Below, in pieces: positions 35,765 through 37,801 of a stretch of DNA of 37,801 nucleotides; position 1 is the stretch's first letter; every line of letters begins with the position of its first letter. Below the pieces are notes generated by a model, which saw nothing but the letters and a program-made list of their open reading frames with translations, did no database searches and had not been told where the DNA came from. The translations under genes were made by a program, and so were the position numbers. Source of the stretch: a virus (Duplodnaviria; Caudoviricetes); the IMG/VR virus record IMGVR_UViG_3300042341_000024, positions 1-37,801 of that record. One strand, written 5' to 3'.

Positions 35765-36424
35765 TCAGACTTTAGGCGCAACGCCTGTTGTACCGGCCAT
35801 TTCAGTGGTCAAAGCAGCTTGAAAAGCACCGTAGTGAGCCTGCGCACGCTGAGCGTTACCCGCGTACTCGCTGTCCTTGGTGTAGGCGCGGTACAAGATG
35901 TAGTCGGCCAGCACGTTGCCGTAGATGTCAGGCAAGCTGATATTACCGGCCACAGCGCTGTATAAAGCGCCGTCAGCGGGCTCTGTGATGTCTGTTGGGT
36001 AGGCAGAGTACACCACCTCTACAGAAGCGCCTGAAGCGGCTGCTGGTGGGTAGACGTAGAACACTTTAGGGTCGCGAGGATCGTACATGTAGTGCAGAAT
36101 CTCGGTCACACCTGTCAAGTTGTACCAGTTGGGGCTTTGTGTGTCCAAGATGTTGCGAACGGTCATGCGGACAGAACGCTTTGTGCCGCTGGTGTTGCGG
36201 ATCACGTCGATCAACTTAGAACCGTTGGAAGGCAAGGCTTGCTTCGCGCCGCTAGCCAAAGCAATAGTGGCGTTAGTCACCATTGAGTCGGGGCGGTACA
36301 AGACCACTTCACGCTGGCCGTCGTTCAAGTAACGAACAAGCTCAGCCACAGGCCAACGAACGGACGTGTTGTCCTGCATTGTCTCAACGACACGGCGGAT
36401 GATTGATTGGGCTGCAATGGTCAT
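35765..36424 (-). CDS. Head-tail adaptor-like protein (DUF6682-like)
   Basis: RWPVAELVRYLNDGQRE...RPD, FYVYPP, DYILYRAYTKDSEYA. Confidence 0.75.
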   Translation of the reverse strand: MTIAAQSIIRRVVETMQDNTSVRWPVAELVRYLNDGQREVVLYRPDSMVTNATIALASGAKQALPSNGSKLIDVIRNTSGTKRSVRMTVRNILDTQSPNWYNLTGVTEILHYMYDPRDPKVFYVYPPAAASGASVEVVYSAYPTDITEPADGALYSAVAGNISLPDIYGNVLADYILYRAYTKDSEYAGNAQRAQAHYGAFQAALTTEMAGTTGVAPKV

Positions 36425-36432
36425 GATTTACC

Positions 36433-37065
36433 TCAAGCAAAAGGGCGGGCACGAACGCGCATCGAACCACGGATCGAGCCGTAGTTTCCATCGATGCGAG
36501 CACTATTGGTTTGTCTAGCTGCAGAGTCAAGCAAGTACTTGGCCTGTGCAAAATTTGTGAAGGGTTGATCGGGAATCTGCATTGCCCGTGCGATGGCCAT
36601 CGAAGTGATGGCATCAGACCACATGTTAAACAGATCGTCATCCAACTGCGTAGCGGTCATCGCTGGGCGCAAATTGACGTTTACTACGACAGGGTATCGA
36701 CCATCGGGTGGAGGCGACAGCTTAAGCGTCAGAACATTGTCTGTGCGGTCTGTGTAGAAGCCGCGGGGTTTAGCATTAGCTGTCGGCAAGTCGTTGCGGA
36801 TCGCTTCGAACAAACCGGGGGAGAGTTCTTTACCATCAACGGCTACGCTCATCACACGATCAATGTCGTGGTTTGCAGTAGGCGGGTCTAAGTCGTATTG
36901 AGAAATACCAACAACAGTCCTGAACGAGTCAAGATTTTGGCGCAGCACGAGCGAACTTTCGCAGAAGTCAATGGCTGCGCTGACCAAAACTTGATCGACC
37001 AAGGGCTCCGAGCAGCCGGGTAGATACGGCAGAATTCTTGAATAAAAGACGCTCAGAGGTTTCAT
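36433..37065 (-). CDS. Adaptor/tail tubular protein A-like
   Basis: PYLPGC...AAIDFCE...L.PPPD...IPDQPFTN; downstream of the capsid gene. Confidence 0.65.
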   Translation of the reverse strand: MKPLSVFYSRILPYLPGCSEPLVDQVLVSAAIDFCESSLVLRQNLDSFRTVVGISQYDLDPPTANHDIDRVMSVAVDGKELSPGLFEAIRNDLPTANAKPRGFYTDRTDNVLTLKLSPPPDGRYPVVVNVNLRPAMTATQLDDDLFNMWSDAITSMAIARAMQIPDQPFTNFAQAKYLLDSAARQTNSARIDGNYGSIRGSMRVRARPFA

Positions 37066-37073
37066 GATGTACC

Positions 37074-37346
37074 TTATTCGGCAGCAGCTTGAGTAAGCCC
37101 AACGACTGGCTCACTAACAATTTCAACAGATTCTACCAGTTGTGCTTTTGTTTTGCGAGTTTTTGTTGCAGCTTCAGCCACAGCCAAATTTGAATGTTCG
37201 TTGGTCAGCAAGACGCCGCGATCCGTCAGAACCCATTCTGTGTCCTCGAGGCGAGCAACAATAATGATCTCACCTTCAATGTAAACACGGATTTTGTTGT
37301 TCAGGATTTCGCCGCCAAGGCGTTCCATCAATTCAAGAGCAGTCAT
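37074..37346 (-). CDS. Hypothetical protein (90 aa)
   Basis: SD GGAG; directly after the capsid terminator. Confidence 0.75.
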   Translation of the reverse strand: MTALELMERLGGEILNNKIRVYIEGEIIIVARLEDTEWVLTDRGVLLTNEHSNLAVAEAATKTRKTKAQLVESVEIVSEPVVGLTQAAAE

Positions 37347-37362
37347 ATTTTCTCCAAGGTTT

Positions 37363-37393
37363 AAACAAAAAAGGGGCCCGAAGGCCCCCTCTT
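37363..37393 (-). terminator. Intrinsic terminator after the major capsid gene
   Basis: Minus strand AGAGGGGGCC-TTCG-GGCCCCTTTTTTGTTT. Confidence 0.9.
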
Positions 37394-37403
37394 TATACCA
37401 CTA

Positions 37404-37801
37404 TCAGGTGGCTGAGCCAACCACGGCAGTAACCATGGCTTCTGGCTTGACAACCTTGCGGCCATACACAGCCAAACCGCGGACGATGTCGCCGAAGTCT
37501 GTCTGGTTACGCAGGGGTTCTGTCTTGTTGATGGTCATCGCGAAGGAAGTGGCATGCTTAGTGCCAGCAACCATCAAACGACGAGCCTTGGCGTTGGTAA
37601 CTGCACCGCCAGTGGAGGTAGCAGACAAACCAGCAACCAATGCTTTACCAGCTTCGCCGCGTGGCAGCAAGTTGGAAACATAGACGCTAAAGCGATCCAA
37701 CATACCGATCTTGCCGGTACGGATGGTGCTTGACTGGTCGCCAGTGAAGTACGCCTGAGCGATGTTAGATTGCATCAACAGGTGACGGTCGAATGGGCTG
37801 A
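37404..37801 (-). CDS. Major capsid protein, C-terminal part (5' end outside window)
   Basis: Frame is open to the window edge. GKIGMLDRFSVYVSNLLP and DFGDIVRGLAVYGRKVVKPEA; double stop TGATAG and strong terminator. Confidence 0.85.
   Translation of the reverse strand, partial: SPFDRHLLMQSNIAQAYFTGDQSSTIRTGKIGMLDRFSVYVSNLLPRGEAGKALVAGLSATSTGGAVTNAKARRLMVAGTKHATSFAMTINKTEPLRNQTDFGDIVRGLAVYGRKVVKPEAMVTAVVGSAT

Noticed and set aside
1-37801. tRNA genes, integrase, DNA or RNA polymerase, terminase, portal, alternative genetic code
   Set aside because: None recognised in the window; long genes read intact in the standard code and all three stop codons are used.

Overview
This window is about 38 kb of a tailed dsDNA phage genome with podovirus-type architecture, cut at both ends. 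The host is Gram-negative (spanins present); a freshwater betaproteobacterial host is my inference only. The + strand (1-6572) holds a replication module: HNH-like protein, SNF2 helicase, Gam/Gp157-like protein, SSB-like protein and an AEP/RepB primase-DUF927 helicase. The - strand (6651-37801) holds the virion and lysis genes: capsid C-terminus, adaptors, two repeat-rich fibres, an adhesin-like protein, a ~10-gene lysis/membrane cassette (GH19 endolysin, nested Rz/Rz1), nozzle, GNAT protein, ejection proteins, a 2608-aa polyvalent protein and three small Lys-rich proteins. Three observations stand out. (1) The giant, probably injected, protein carries two host-transcription-like modules (a sigma70 region-4-like HTH and a UvrD/PcrA C-terminal Tudor-like domain) alongside LPD23 and two zincin motifs. 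(2) Two SD-led genes are nested in the +1 frame of that giant gene. (3) A ~73-nt candidate sRNA at the junction of the two converging operons has its own sigma70 promoter and terminator and displays an anti-AUG plus anti-Shine-Dalgarno sequence, with near-complementary sites in this genome. All family calls come from motif recognition by eye; no searches were run.
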